Shown here: one piece after another, positions 47,801 through 57,252 of the stretch
How positions within the stretch are numbered: position 1 is the stretch's first letter
Layout of the letters: each line of letters begins with the position of its first letter
From: Thermoplasmata archaeon
Lineage (GTDB): Archaea; Thermoplasmatota; E2; JACPAO01; JAHFTW01
Reading direction: 5' to 3'
DNA length: 64,000 nt
Assembly (NCBI GenBank): GCA_034667725.1
Contig: JAXDQS010000003.1
Span: 1-64,000 of the forward strand
Notes under the pieces: model-generated
The model's database searches: none
What the model saw: only the letters and a program-made list of their open reading frames with translations
What the model was told of the DNA's origin: nothing
Translations under genes and position numbers: made by a program

Positions 47801-48718
47801 AACCAGAACGTGCACGAGCAGGACGCCGTCACGCTGCGCGGCACCGGCCAAGGCGGCGACCCCGGCCGCTACAGCTACGCCTGGAAGCAGGTGCAAGGCC
47901 CCACGGTCGCCCTCGCGGACGCCGACACCGCCCAGCCCAGCTTCACCGCGCCGTCGTTCCAAGGCACCGCCCCCGTGGCGCTGGTGTTCGCGCTGGAGCT
48001 CTCCGACGGCACCCGCAACTCGCTGCCCGACCTGGTGCAGGTCAACGTCGCCTCCACCAACAAGCCGCCCGTCGCGCACGCCGGCGCCGACCAGCGCCTG
48101 CCCGAGGGCAGCCTGGCGACCCTGTCCGCGCTCGCCTCCAGCGACCCCGACCACGACGCGCTCAGCTATGAGTGGAGCCAGGTCGGCGGCACCCCGGTGA
48201 CCATCTCCGACCCCAACGCGGCCCAGCCCAGCTTCACGGTGCCCCCCTACAGCGGCGTGCCCCTGACGTTCCAGCTCTTGGTGTCCGACGGCGAGGCCCG
48301 CGCCAGCGCCCTTGCCACCGTGCTCGCGCTGCCGCCCGAGGTCACCGACCAAGGCTTCACCTACCGCGTCACCGACGGCGCCGACGGCGCCATGGTGCGC
48401 TTCGACCCGAACATCTCCGGCGAGACCTACGTCTGGGACTTCGGCGACGAGACCGAGTTCGGCACCGCCGCGAACCCCGAGCACGTCTACAAGCGCGCCG
48501 GCCAGTACACCGTCCGGCTGACGGTCATCGACACCGCCGGCCAGGCGCAGGCGTTCGAGAAGCCGATCACCGTGTCGGTGGCCGACAAGGCCCGCGGCGC
48601 GCCCGCCGTCCAGCCGGACGCGGCCGGCGGCGGCTGGCTGCTGCCCACCGCCGGCCTCGGCTTCGCCATCGTCGCGGCCGCCGCGGCGGCGGCACTTGTG
48701 CTGCGCCGCCGCGCCTGA
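44852..48718 (+). CDS. Large cell-surface protein: NIDO-like head, Ig-like repeats, PKD domains, TM anchor
   Basis: FYG..IGANGYI..VAPFWADL..IIQW..FQVKV; DG.F.YTP repeats; AHAGADQ; WDFGD; TM plus RRRA; CTTAAA box at 44808. Confidence 0.87.
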   Translation: MNQGLSAVLVALAFAGSVLASLVAVAVPAEAAFAPAPTGGADASAQRYRWVDSTAPGCTFYVGATAPSPAPASGCPTGWEDVSSSGTLMCSGTGCGDDASTVMWYYWTDPSLATKFYGQPVIAGCCGPWPHYYSITIGANGYINMGYNWVSPGGAMEQTPVALPSSAAPPYMVAPFWADLNPNVPVCSGDTLPTPGGQGVYARSLGSGSSKRLIIQWNNIMVTATHPPTGTAPGSAAYNAAICGAAHAYATFQVKVFNTGALDAVIRSADDNGQAVTMGIQDPSRLYGLTYHYEAAGARDVVTDRAVRYYPNTAPAISPSSLSMSGLEDTLAGTVTATATDPDYGDAGSVPSFSLSPSFPGSRGTATMLSTSTPSPGTASATFDYTAGAPAASHLNKNGADSFRIRATDTTGAFNERIVNVNVAWVNDPPAAVDKGPYPVAAGDLVFVPADAGLLVGASDPEVAGFRHAVETQPVQKLTAHRDECPDKATWPSLPARELLHGAVSDFKKDGSFVYTPDPTHTGGDFLYFCVSDGTAFSPTQKAFFDVNVVSADILAKSDVLYSINEDGSLSAMGALGTRTNDVLSAGLTGVAYNLVGAPPASAASFTFNPDGTFVYVPKADWNGVDTFRYNVTADGGKASNTALVRLTVLRVNDPPTMELAAITDRVKEDASLRTVSAFLTGVSVGPATAAAFDEGGQAVTIEIVSQEDATLFAGPTGSLGFTGAGANRNLVYRPAPDANGESEICVRARDDGLGPLDTVAPAYSPAACFVLIVDPVADAPKTQPDTYVVYRNHMLVVDEAHGVLANDAEVDNERMVADKLTDPSLGSLSFNPDGAFIYTPKADWVGNVLFNYKAKDETGKLSGVTPVTIKVKDNKLPAATLSASATTGVVGDSIVFSALCSDPEGAPVGLLVDFGDGSSSTLTTPMHSFEQGGVYEVRLTCTDEVGDVRITSLLVNIKSDGDFSPVASELDALALLVAFAGDNQNVHEQDAVTLRGTGQGGDPGRYSYAWKQVQGPTVALADADTAQPSFTAPSFQGTAPVALVFALELSDGTRNSLPDLVQVNVASTNKPPVAHAGADQRLPEGSLATLSALASSDPDHDALSYEWSQVGGTPVTISDPNAAQPSFTVPPYSGVPLTFQLLVSDGEARASALATVLALPPEVTDQGFTYRVTDGADGAMVRFDPNISGETYVWDFGDETEFGTAANPEHVYKRAGQYTVRLTVIDTAGQAQAFEKPITVSVADKARGAPAVQPDAAGGGWLLPTAGLGFAIVAAAAAAALVLRRRA

Positions 48719-48775
48719 GGGCGACAGCGTCGGGCCTGCAAAGATTCAAGACCTGCCAGGGTACGTCCCTCCCGT

Positions 48776-51700
48776 ATGGTCCGGTGGGGACACCCTCGCG
48801 CGTTCGTCTGGCTCGCCATTGCTAGCGCCTTCATCCTGGCCGGCCTCGGCACCGCCGCTGGCGGCCCTTGGACGCCCGCCACCGGCACCTCCACGGACGG
48901 CCTCTACCACGGCAAGGACTACGCCGACACGGTGTCGTCCCAGCCCTTGGTCTACGGCTCGGGCGACTGGGCGGCCACCGGCGGGCCGCCGATGCCGTGG
49001 TCGAACATCGACATCTCGACCTGCACCACGGGCTGCGTGACCCCCGCCCTGCCCGACTCCTACGGCGGCGGCGCCTGGAGCGCCGACCAGGCCATCGGCT
49101 TCAACTTCGAGTTCTTCGGCTGCACCTACAACAAGCTCAAGCTGCACGGCTTCGGCATCGTCGGCTTCTCCGGCAACACCTGCACCGCGGCCCTCCCGAC
49201 CCCGGGCAACATCGACACCAACAACGTGCTGACCTCGAGCAGCAAGGCGTGGTACGTCATCTTCCCGTTCACCAGCACCTCCCAGAACGCGGCCTGCAAG
49301 GGCGGCTCGATCGCGGCGGGCAACGTCAAGACCATGCAGGTCCCCGCCACGGCCACCAGCCCCGCCGTGTTCGTCATCCAGGTCACCAACGCGCCCTTCA
49401 CCAACGGCGGCTCGTGCTCGACCTCGACCTACGGCATCAACACCTACCAGGTGCGGCTCTACCAAGGCACCAACGTCATCGAGGTCCACTACAAGCAGGT
49501 CAGCAACGCCGACCCGTACGGCGGCGCCGACGTCGAGTCCGGCATCAAGGGCGGCTCGACCGCGAAGTACCTGCGCTACGCCAACCTCTACGTCACGGGC
49601 GCCACCAAGACCGCGAGCGGCCTCGTCGTCCAGTACCGCCCCATGGTCGCCACCCCCACCGCGCCGGTGCCGACCCCGAAGGCCGTGAACGACACCTACA
49701 CCTTCGACTTCCTCAACAACGGCCCGACCTTCATCGTGGACGGCCTGCCGCACGGCACCCCGTCCTACACCGCCAACCGGCTCACCAAGAACGACCTCTC
49801 GGTCGCCTCCGCCTCGTTCATCGCGCTGCACGCCAGCGGCCCCTCCGGCGGCAGCCTCCAGGCCGCGAGCGGCGGTGCCTGCACCGGCAGCAGCCCCGCC
49901 ATCTCGACCGACGGCAGCTTCTGCTTCACCCCGCCCGGGCTCAACCCGTGCGCCGAGGGCCCGTACCACTTCAACTACCGCGTCAAGGACGCCTGGAACT
50001 CCAGCCCCGTCGGCAACGTGACGCTCCAGTTCGTCAACTGCAACATCGCGCCGGTGGCCAACGACGACGCCTACTCGGCCACCGAGGACACGCCGGTCAC
50101 CGTGGCGGCCACCGCCCCCGCCGGCGCGTGCCCGCCCGCCGCCGGCCCGCTGTGCAACGACACCGACGACGGCCAGCCCGCCGTCCCCGGCTCGCTGTCC
50201 GCCCTGCTGTCGGCCGCGCCGCTCACGGGCGCCGTCGCAGGCGCGGGGCTGCCGGGCGTCGCGCCGGGCGGCGACGGCGCCTTCACCTACACGCCGGCCG
50301 CCAACGTGTGCGGCACGGACACCTTCCGGTACCAGGCCTACGACGGCATCGCGCGCAGCAACAACGCCACCGTCACCATCGCCATCGCGTGCACCCCCGA
50401 CTCGCCCGTGGCCACCGACGACGCCTACACGCTCGACGAGGACACCACGCTGGCTGTGGACTCGACCTGCCTGGGCTCGCTCGTGAGCCCGAAGTGCAAC
50501 GACGCCGACCCCGACGACCAGACCGGCACGCTGCACCGCGACGCCGCCGGCTTCTCCATCACGGCGGCGCCGCTGCACGGCACCATCGCGTTCCCGGCGT
50601 GCGCGAGCTGCCCCGGCGGCCCCGGCGGCGACTTCGCCTACACGCCTGCCGCCAACTACTGCGGCACCGACGCGCTGCAGTACAAGCTCACGGACGACGC
50701 GGGGATGCCCGCCTCGGCGCCGGCCACCATCGCGTTCACCGTCGTCTGCCAGCCGGACGACGACGCCTACGCGACGGTGGAGGGCGAGGAGCTCAACGTG
50801 CCCGCCCTCGGCGTGCTCGCCAACGACAACGACGCCTTGGGCAGCGTCCCCATGACGGCCGTCCTCTACGGCGCGGGGCCCACGCACACCATCCCGAGCG
50901 GCTTCGCGCTGCACCCCGACGGCTCGTTCGACTACGCGCCCGCCGCCGGCTACGTCGGCACCGACGCGTTCCAGTACAAGACCAACCAGGGCGGCACCCT
51001 GTCGGCCCCGGTCACGGCCACCATCACCATCAGCCCGGTCAACCCGGCGCTCATCGCGCGCGGCGACACCCGCAAGATGTCCGGCGCCGACCACTCGTTC
51101 GGCGCCACCGAGGACGCCACCGTCGTCGTGAGCTCCCCCGTCCACGCCACCGTGCCCGGCATGGTCGGCGTCCTTGCCAACGACCACATCGCCGACACCA
51201 CGACCGCGTGGTCGCTGGTGCTGGTGTCGCTGCCCGCCCACGGCACCGTGACCCTCCGCAACGACGGCTCGTTCGACTACGACGCCAGCGAGGACGACTA
51301 CAACGGCCCCGACAACTTCCGCTACAAGATCGTCCAAGGCGCCCAGGAGAGCAACCCCGCCATCGTCCAGGTCCGGGTCGCCTCGGTCAACGACGCCCCC
51401 ATCGGCCTGTCGCGCAGCTACCCCTGCATCGACGAGGACACCTGGCTGACGGTCGCCGCCGCCAGCGGCCTCCTGGTGGGCTCGACCGACCGCGCCGGCC
51501 TGCCCGACGAGGGCAACTTCCCGCTCGTGCCGGTGCTGGCCACCCCCGCCATGCTCGGCACCGTCCTCGTCAACTCCGACGGCTCGTTCAGCTACACGCC
51601 CGACGCCAACAAGAACGGCGCCGACAGCTTCCAGGTCCGGCTGCGCGACGCCAAGGGCACCCCGCTCTCGGCCCCGCTCACGATCAGCCTCTGCGTCACC

Positions 51701-53257
51701 CCGAAGACCGACCCGCCGGTGGCCGTCAACGACGCCTGCAACGCCTACCTCGGCTACCGCAAGACCGTCGCCGCCCCGGGCGTCCTGGGCAACGACCTCG
51801 ACCCCGACATCCCCAACGGCGACACCATCTCGATCGTGCCCAGCTCGCTGTCCTACACGGGCCCCGGAACCTTCGTGGTCAACGCCGACGGCTCCTGGCG
51901 CTACGACCCCGACCCCGCCATGACGACCGCCTACATGGCCGGCTTCACGTACCGCATCCGCGACTCGACCAACCAGCTGAGCAACGTCGCCACCGTGTCG
52001 TGCAGCGTCCAGCCCAACCTGCCGCCCACCGCCGCCTTCTCGCCCAGCAGCCAGGTCGCGCTGGCCCACGAAGGCATCAGCTTCCTCGACGCCAGCACCG
52101 ACCCCGACGGCACGGTCGCCGCCTGGTCGTGGGACTTCGGCGACGGCTACACCAGCACGCTGCGCTCCCCGACCCACGCCTTCGCGGGCCCCGGCGTCTA
52201 CCTGGTCCGCCTGGTGGTGGCCGACGACCTCGGCGCCACCGACGACACGGCCCACTACGTCGAGGTCCGCCTGCCCGCCGAGACCACGCCGGTGGACGCC
52301 AACGAGGCCGGCCAGGACGCGCCCGAGGCCAACGCCGGCCCCGACCTCACGGTGCCCGAAGGCAGCGAGGTCACGGTCCACGGCGTCGTGGCCAAGGGCG
52401 ACGGCCGCCACGTCCAATGGCGCCTCCTCGGCGGCCCCGCGGTCGCCATCCGCGACCCGACGGCGCTCAACCTCGAGTTCACCGCCCCCGTCCTCACCAG
52501 CGACGAGCCGGTGCTGCTGACGTTCTCGCTCACGGTCGGCAACGACCGGCGCGACTCGCTGCCCGACCTCGTCGAGGTGCTCGTGGTCACGAAGAACCAC
52601 GCCCCCGAGGCCGACGCCGGCCCCGCCGCGACCGCGCTGCCCGGCGCCAAGGTCACGCTCGACGGCTCGCGCTCCAAGGACGCGGACGGCGACGCGCTGT
52701 CCTACGCGTGGCGCCAGGCCACCGGCCCGAAGGCCGAGCTCGCCGGCGCGGACGGCCCCAAGCCCAGCTTCACGCTGCCGCAGGCCGCCGCCGGAACGGT
52801 GCTGGTGTTCGAGCTCGAGGTCCGCGACGCCCGCGGCGCCTCCGTGGACGCCGTCCAGGTGCTGGTCGGCCGCGCCCCCGAGGCGCCCGCCGGCTTCCAC
52901 CTGGAGCAGGGCACGGACGGCGAAGTCCGGTTCGAGGCCATCCCCGAAGGCCAGTACGCCTGGTTCTTCGGCGACGGCGCCTCCTCGACCGAGGCCGCGC
53001 CCGCGCACGTCTACACCCGCTCCGGCGACTACGTCGTGACGCTGCGGGTCGCCACCGACAAGGGCGTCCAGGAGTTCAGCGAGCTGGTGCGCGTCGACGC
53101 GCCCGCCGTCCAGGAGCGCGCCCGCCCCCAGGTCGAGCTGGCCGACGCCTCGGGCGCGGACGCCGGCCTCTGGGTGGGGCTGGGCGCCGCCGCCTTGGTC
53201 GCGGCCGGCCTGGCCACGGTTCTCGTCGTGGGCCTGCGCAAAAACCGCGCCCGCTAA
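48776..53257 (+). CDS. Large Cys-rich cell-surface protein (1493 aa): NIDO-like head, multiple Ig-like (VCBS/Big-type) repeats, PKD domains
   Basis: IGFNFEFFG..YQVRLYQ..IEVHY; repeated PVA.DDAY..ED and DGSF.YTP; WDFGDG; TM plus RKNRAR. Confidence 0.87.
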   Translation: MVRWGHPRAFVWLAIASAFILAGLGTAAGGPWTPATGTSTDGLYHGKDYADTVSSQPLVYGSGDWAATGGPPMPWSNIDISTCTTGCVTPALPDSYGGGAWSADQAIGFNFEFFGCTYNKLKLHGFGIVGFSGNTCTAALPTPGNIDTNNVLTSSSKAWYVIFPFTSTSQNAACKGGSIAAGNVKTMQVPATATSPAVFVIQVTNAPFTNGGSCSTSTYGINTYQVRLYQGTNVIEVHYKQVSNADPYGGADVESGIKGGSTAKYLRYANLYVTGATKTASGLVVQYRPMVATPTAPVPTPKAVNDTYTFDFLNNGPTFIVDGLPHGTPSYTANRLTKNDLSVASASFIALHASGPSGGSLQAASGGACTGSSPAISTDGSFCFTPPGLNPCAEGPYHFNYRVKDAWNSSPVGNVTLQFVNCNIAPVANDDAYSATEDTPVTVAATAPAGACPPAAGPLCNDTDDGQPAVPGSLSALLSAAPLTGAVAGAGLPGVAPGGDGAFTYTPAANVCGTDTFRYQAYDGIARSNNATVTIAIACTPDSPVATDDAYTLDEDTTLAVDSTCLGSLVSPKCNDADPDDQTGTLHRDAAGFSITAAPLHGTIAFPACASCPGGPGGDFAYTPAANYCGTDALQYKLTDDAGMPASAPATIAFTVVCQPDDDAYATVEGEELNVPALGVLANDNDALGSVPMTAVLYGAGPTHTIPSGFALHPDGSFDYAPAAGYVGTDAFQYKTNQGGTLSAPVTATITISPVNPALIARGDTRKMSGADHSFGATEDATVVVSSPVHATVPGMVGVLANDHIADTTTAWSLVLVSLPAHGTVTLRNDGSFDYDASEDDYNGPDNFRYKIVQGAQESNPAIVQVRVASVNDAPIGLSRSYPCIDEDTWLTVAAASGLLVGSTDRAGLPDEGNFPLVPVLATPAMLGTVLVNSDGSFSYTPDANKNGADSFQVRLRDAKGTPLSAPLTISLCVTPKTDPPVAVNDACNAYLGYRKTVAAPGVLGNDLDPDIPNGDTISIVPSSLSYTGPGTFVVNADGSWRYDPDPAMTTAYMAGFTYRIRDSTNQLSNVATVSCSVQPNLPPTAAFSPSSQVALAHEGISFLDASTDPDGTVAAWSWDFGDGYTSTLRSPTHAFAGPGVYLVRLVVADDLGATDDTAHYVEVRLPAETTPVDANEAGQDAPEANAGPDLTVPEGSEVTVHGVVAKGDGRHVQWRLLGGPAVAIRDPTALNLEFTAPVLTSDEPVLLTFSLTVGNDRRDSLPDLVEVLVVTKNHAPEADAGPAATALPGAKVTLDGSRSKDADGDALSYAWRQATGPKAELAGADGPKPSFTLPQAAAGTVLVFELEVRDARGASVDAVQVLVGRAPEAPAGFHLEQGTDGEVRFEAIPEGQYAWFFGDGASSTEAAPAHVYTRSGDYVVTLRVATDKGVQEFSELVRVDAPAVQERARPQVELADASGADAGLWVGLGAAALVAAGLATVLVVGLRKNRAR

Positions 53258-53328
53258 GGGGGCCGGCCAGCAAAGGTTCAAGAGCGGCCGTTCACGATAC
53301 CGGCCGTCCTTCTCGGACGGTTGGTCGG

Positions 53329-55593
53329 ATGTCCATGCACCCTCGGAAACTCCTCTTGCTCGCGGCGGTCGCCGTGTTCGTCGGGGCCAGCGTCGCGCCG
53401 GCCGCCAACGCCTGGAGCGGGCTGGACGCGCCCTCGCCCTCCAAGTACGCCGGCGTCGACAGCGTCGGCACCTCGCTCCCGTGGGACGACTACACCAACC
53501 TGGTGGACCCGAACCCCGGCCTGGACTCCGACGGCGTCGTGACCCGCAGCACCTACTACCTGGTGTGCGAGTTCATGGTGGACCTCGGCTTCGACTTCAC
53601 CTACTACGGCAAGACCTACCGCAAGGCGGCCGTCTCGCCGTGGGGCTACATCCGCCCCGTGCCGGACACCGCCACCGCGACCTTCTGCTACAACTATTAC
53701 CCGTACTCCAAGCTCGGCACCGCTTCGCCCCCGGGCGCCATCGCCGGCCTGTGGACCTACTACGCCTACTACTACTCGGGCGGCACCATCACCGCGGGCA
53801 CCGTCGGCGCCCCGGGCGAGCGCGAGTTCGCCGTCCAGTACGACAAGATGCGCGAGGGCACCAGCCTGCAGTTCGCCACCTTCGAGATCCGGCTCTACGA
53901 GGCGGACAACCACATCGAGGTCCGCATCCGCGACGCCACCGTCGGCGTCGAGTACCCCTCGTACACCTACTCCTACTACACCGCCCAAGGCATCCAGGAC
54001 GGCGTCTACGGCGTCACCGGCGTGACCCGCGGCCTGGACAAGCAATACTCGGGCTACTGCTCGTGGTCCTCCTGGATGGGCGGCACCCCGCTCAAGTGCA
54101 AGCGCGTGTTCGACGACGTCCGCACCATCTACATGCCGGCGCCCCAGCTTGACTTCAAGGTCGAGCCCAAGCCGCCGTGCCCCGGCGAGGACGCCACCTT
54201 CACCGCGAAGTACCAGTCCCCGATCGGCCCGCCCCGGAAGGTCACCTGGAGCTTCGGCGAGGAGGGCGAGACCGCCATGCACCGCTTCCTCGACGGCCCC
54301 GCCGAGACCGAGGTCAAGATGACCGCGGAGTTCGACTACGGCTTCACCATGGACTGGGCCAAGAACGTCCACGTCAACGGCTGCAAGCCGCCGGTGGCCG
54401 TGTTCCGCGCCGACGTCTTCGGCACCGAGGGCGCCGTCAGCGACGAGTCCTACGACGTCGACGGCCGCGTCAAGACCTGGACCTGGGACTGGGGCGACGG
54501 CACCCCGAAGGTCCTCGGGCGCGTCCCGCCGGCCCACCCCTACACCGCCGAAGGCAGCTACGAGGTCCGCCTCACCGTCACCGACAACGAGGGCCTCTCC
54601 GGCACCTCCACCCAGGTCGTGCGCGTCAAGGCGGCCGCGGGCTACATCGGCCCCAAGCCGGTCGCCGACGCCGGCCCCGACCAGACCGTCCGCAACGGCG
54701 ACCGCGTCCAGCTCGACGGCTCCGGCGCCGACGCCAACCGCGCCGTCCGCGTCACCTGGACCCAGTTGTCGGGCCCGCTCGTCGACCTCGAGGCCGCCGA
54801 CACCGCGCGCCCCAGCTTCGTGCCGGCCGCGATCGCCGAGAACGCGCCCCAAGTCTACGGCTTCGCGCTGCAGATCTTCGACGGCTTCCGCACCTCCGAC
54901 CCCGACCTCGTCGTGGTCACCGTCGAGCCCCGCGTGCCGGTGCCGACCGCCGACGCCGGCGTGGACCTGCTGGTCCCGCCCGGCCTCCGCGTCGGCCTCG
55001 ACGCCTCCGGCTCCAAGGACGCCTTCGGCAACCCTCTCACCTACGCCTGGCGCCAGGTGGACGGCCCCAAGGTCGAGCTGCAGGACGCCGACCAGGTCGC
55101 CCCCAGCTTCGACGCCCCCAAGGCGACGGAGCCGGTCGAGCTGGTGTTCGAGGTCGTGGCCGCCAACTCCGAGGAGCGCTCCCTGCCCGACACCGTGAAG
55201 GTCGTCGTGCAGCCGCCGGTCGAGGCCAACGTCCAAGGCTTCACCCATCGCCCGGACTACGCCAGCGGCCTGAACGTCGTCCAGTTCCAGGCCACCGTCA
55301 AGGCGCTCGACGAGGCCACGTTCGAGTGGGACTTCGGCGACGGCACCGCCCCGCGCACCGGCCCCCTGGTCGAGCACGCCTACCAGGAAGCCGGCGCCTA
55401 CCCCGTCACGCTGCGCGTCAAGGGCGCCGGCCTCGAGCAGGTCTTCCAGGACAACGTCGAGGTCGCGCACGCCGAGGCGCCCGCCACGCCCGCCCTGGGC
55501 GCGCCGGCCGAGGCGCAGCCGAGCCCGGGCGTCGCCCCGCTGGCCGTCCTCGCCCTCTTGGCCCTGGCGGCCTTCGCGGCCCGGCGCCGGTGA
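53329..55593 (+). CDS. Cell-surface protein: Tyr-rich NIDO-like head, PKD domains, PGF-CTERM-like tail
   Basis: 3' part of track ORF 48868; MSMHPRKLLLL signal; LGFDFTYYGKTY..FEIRLYE..IEVRI; ends SPGVAPLAVLALLALAAFAARRR. Confidence 0.85.
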   Translation: MSMHPRKLLLLAAVAVFVGASVAPAANAWSGLDAPSPSKYAGVDSVGTSLPWDDYTNLVDPNPGLDSDGVVTRSTYYLVCEFMVDLGFDFTYYGKTYRKAAVSPWGYIRPVPDTATATFCYNYYPYSKLGTASPPGAIAGLWTYYAYYYSGGTITAGTVGAPGEREFAVQYDKMREGTSLQFATFEIRLYEADNHIEVRIRDATVGVEYPSYTYSYYTAQGIQDGVYGVTGVTRGLDKQYSGYCSWSSWMGGTPLKCKRVFDDVRTIYMPAPQLDFKVEPKPPCPGEDATFTAKYQSPIGPPRKVTWSFGEEGETAMHRFLDGPAETEVKMTAEFDYGFTMDWAKNVHVNGCKPPVAVFRADVFGTEGAVSDESYDVDGRVKTWTWDWGDGTPKVLGRVPPAHPYTAEGSYEVRLTVTDNEGLSGTSTQVVRVKAAAGYIGPKPVADAGPDQTVRNGDRVQLDGSGADANRAVRVTWTQLSGPLVDLEAADTARPSFVPAAIAENAPQVYGFALQIFDGFRTSDPDLVVVTVEPRVPVPTADAGVDLLVPPGLRVGLDASGSKDAFGNPLTYAWRQVDGPKVELQDADQVAPSFDAPKATEPVELVFEVVAANSEERSLPDTVKVVVQPPVEANVQGFTHRPDYASGLNVVQFQATVKALDEATFEWDFGDGTAPRTGPLVEHAYQEAGAYPVTLRVKGAGLEQVFQDNVEVAHAEAPATPALGAPAEAQPSPGVAPLAVLALLALAAFAARRR

Positions 55594-55643
55594 GGCAGCC
55601 AGGCGCCGGCAGGTTCCTGAGGCCCGCGCGGCCTGCGCCGGCC

Positions 55644-56957
55644 ATGCGCATCGCCGCCCTTGCCTGCCTCGCCGCCCTCGCCCTTGCCGGGTGCACGGCC
55701 GACGACGGCCCCGCCACCACGCCGCCGCCGACCGACGAGGCGCCCAGCGCCCTCGACCGCCTGCGCGAGGCGATGGCCGGCGTGCCGTGCGACGTGCCGC
55801 CGCCGGCGGGCAACGAGAACACGGCCAACCTCAAGCTGCTGGCCACCATCCAAATCCCCGCCGAGGCCGACGGCATCCACGCCGAGCTGGACATCCGCGG
55901 CGACCTGGCCGTCCACGCCCGCTACGGCTCCGGCGGCTTCGAAATCTACGACATCTCCGACCCGCTGCGGCCGCTGCACCTCGGCAACTTCACCGAGGCC
56001 GACGGCGCCCTCGACGTCAAGTTCGGCCCGGACAACACCACGGTGTTCGTCGGCACCGGCGCCGGCATCACCATGGTGGACCTGCGCGACCCCTTCAACC
56101 CCGTCAAGTCCGGCGAGTGGCGGTTCACCGACGCCCAGGTCGCCACCGACCCGCTGCCGCGCGTCGGCGAGAACGCCCACATGTTCTACGCCAAGCGCAT
56201 CGCGGGCAAGGACTGGCTGTTCCTGGCGCCCAACTCCAACACCGGCGCGTGGGTCCTGGAGATCGGCGGCACCCCGGAGGCGCGGACCTTGACCTACCGC
56301 GCCCAGACCCTGCCCGTCCAAGGCGGCCCGCTCGGCCCCCACGACATCTACGTCCAGCAGGACGCGCTCGACGGCTCCTGGTACCTCTACTCCGCCGACG
56401 GCTTCCACGGCTGGACCGCGTTCAACGTGGACGACCCCGCCAGCCCCCAGCCCGCCGGCGGCTTCGTGAACCCCGCCGAGGGGGCCTACACCCACACCTT
56501 GCAGGCGGCGGCCGTGAACGGCAAACGCATCGTCGCCACCATCGCGGAGATCGGCGCCGACTTCCTGCGCCTCTACGACGCCACCAACCTCGCCGCCCCG
56601 GTCCTCGTGGGCGTCTGGCAGGCCGACACCACGCCGCAGGGCGCCTCCTCGCCGCAGCACAACCTGAACATCGCCAACGGCAGCCTCTACATCTCGTACT
56701 ACGGGCACGGGATGTACGTGTTCGACCTCGCGGCGGCCACCGCCGGCCCGTCCCTGCCGCTGGCCGGCAGCGCCACCCTGGCCCCGAGCGCCCACTGGTC
56801 GGTCCTCGGCGAGAACGTGGACCAAGGGTTCACCGGCTACTGGGACACCCTCGTCAAGGACGGCGTCGTCTATGTCAGCCACATCGAGGGCGGCCTCCTG
56901 GTGCTCGGCTACGGCTGCAACGCCCCAGGCGACCCGGCGGCCACCAGCGACGGATAA
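55644..56957 (+). CDS. Lipoprotein with LVIVD-like beta-propeller repeats
   Basis: LALAGC lipobox; repeats GFEIYDISDP..P, GITMVDLRDP.NP, AFNVDDPASP, LYDATN..AP. Confidence 0.78.
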   Translation: MRIAALACLAALALAGCTADDGPATTPPPTDEAPSALDRLREAMAGVPCDVPPPAGNENTANLKLLATIQIPAEADGIHAELDIRGDLAVHARYGSGGFEIYDISDPLRPLHLGNFTEADGALDVKFGPDNTTVFVGTGAGITMVDLRDPFNPVKSGEWRFTDAQVATDPLPRVGENAHMFYAKRIAGKDWLFLAPNSNTGAWVLEIGGTPEARTLTYRAQTLPVQGGPLGPHDIYVQQDALDGSWYLYSADGFHGWTAFNVDDPASPQPAGGFVNPAEGAYTHTLQAAAVNGKRIVATIAEIGADFLRLYDATNLAAPVLVGVWQADTTPQGASSPQHNLNIANGSLYISYYGHGMYVFDLAAATAGPSLPLAGSATLAPSAHWSVLGENVDQGFTGYWDTLVKDGVVYVSHIEGGLLVLGYGCNAPGDPAATSDG

Positions 56958-57017
56958 GCACCCCGTCCCGCGGGCGTCATGCTTTAAGCGGGGCCCCCAG
57001 CATCCACCGGCGCGAAC

Positions 57018-57251
57018 ATGGCCGTCGGATTCGTCCTCATCAGCGCCGCCCCGGGCAAGGAGCACGAGGTCTACAACACCCTCCTCAAGGTGAGCGAGAT
57101 CGTCGAGCTGCACCCCCTGTTCGGCGAGTACGACCTGATCGCCAAGCTCGAGGCCGCCGACTTCGACACGCTGGGCCACGTCATCGTCAACAAGATCCGC
57201 TCCATCGAGGGCGTCGTGGACACCAAGACGCTCACGGGCACCAAGTTCTAG
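57018..57251 (+). CDS. Stand-alone Lrp/AsnC ligand-binding (RAM) domain protein
   Basis: FVLI...PGKE..V, LFGEYDLIAKL, KIRSIEGV..T.TL; 77 aa without HTH; TTTAAG box upstream. Confidence 0.9.
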   Translation: MAVGFVLISAAPGKEHEVYNTLLKVSEIVELHPLFGEYDLIAKLEAADFDTLGHVIVNKIRSIEGVVDTKTLTGTKF

Positions 57252-57252
57252 C

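Noticed and set aside
12830-50620. CxxC motifs in surface proteins (CPGC, CPTC, CASC) as heme-binding substrates of CcmF
   Set aside because: None is followed by His, so they are more likely disulfide or metal loops.
48746-53281. Very long antisense ORFs (also 2229..4406, 12118..14541, 37164..40082, 40992..44456, 44477..47257)
   Set aside because: Expected shadow ORFs of strongly GC3-biased genes; no recognisable motifs.
48868-53328. 2241-aa ORF 48868..55593 as one giant protein or a frameshift fusion with 48776..53257
   Set aside because: The 5' part is Arg/Pro/His-rich off-frame translation; both real genes have their own signal peptide, anchor and promoter-like box.
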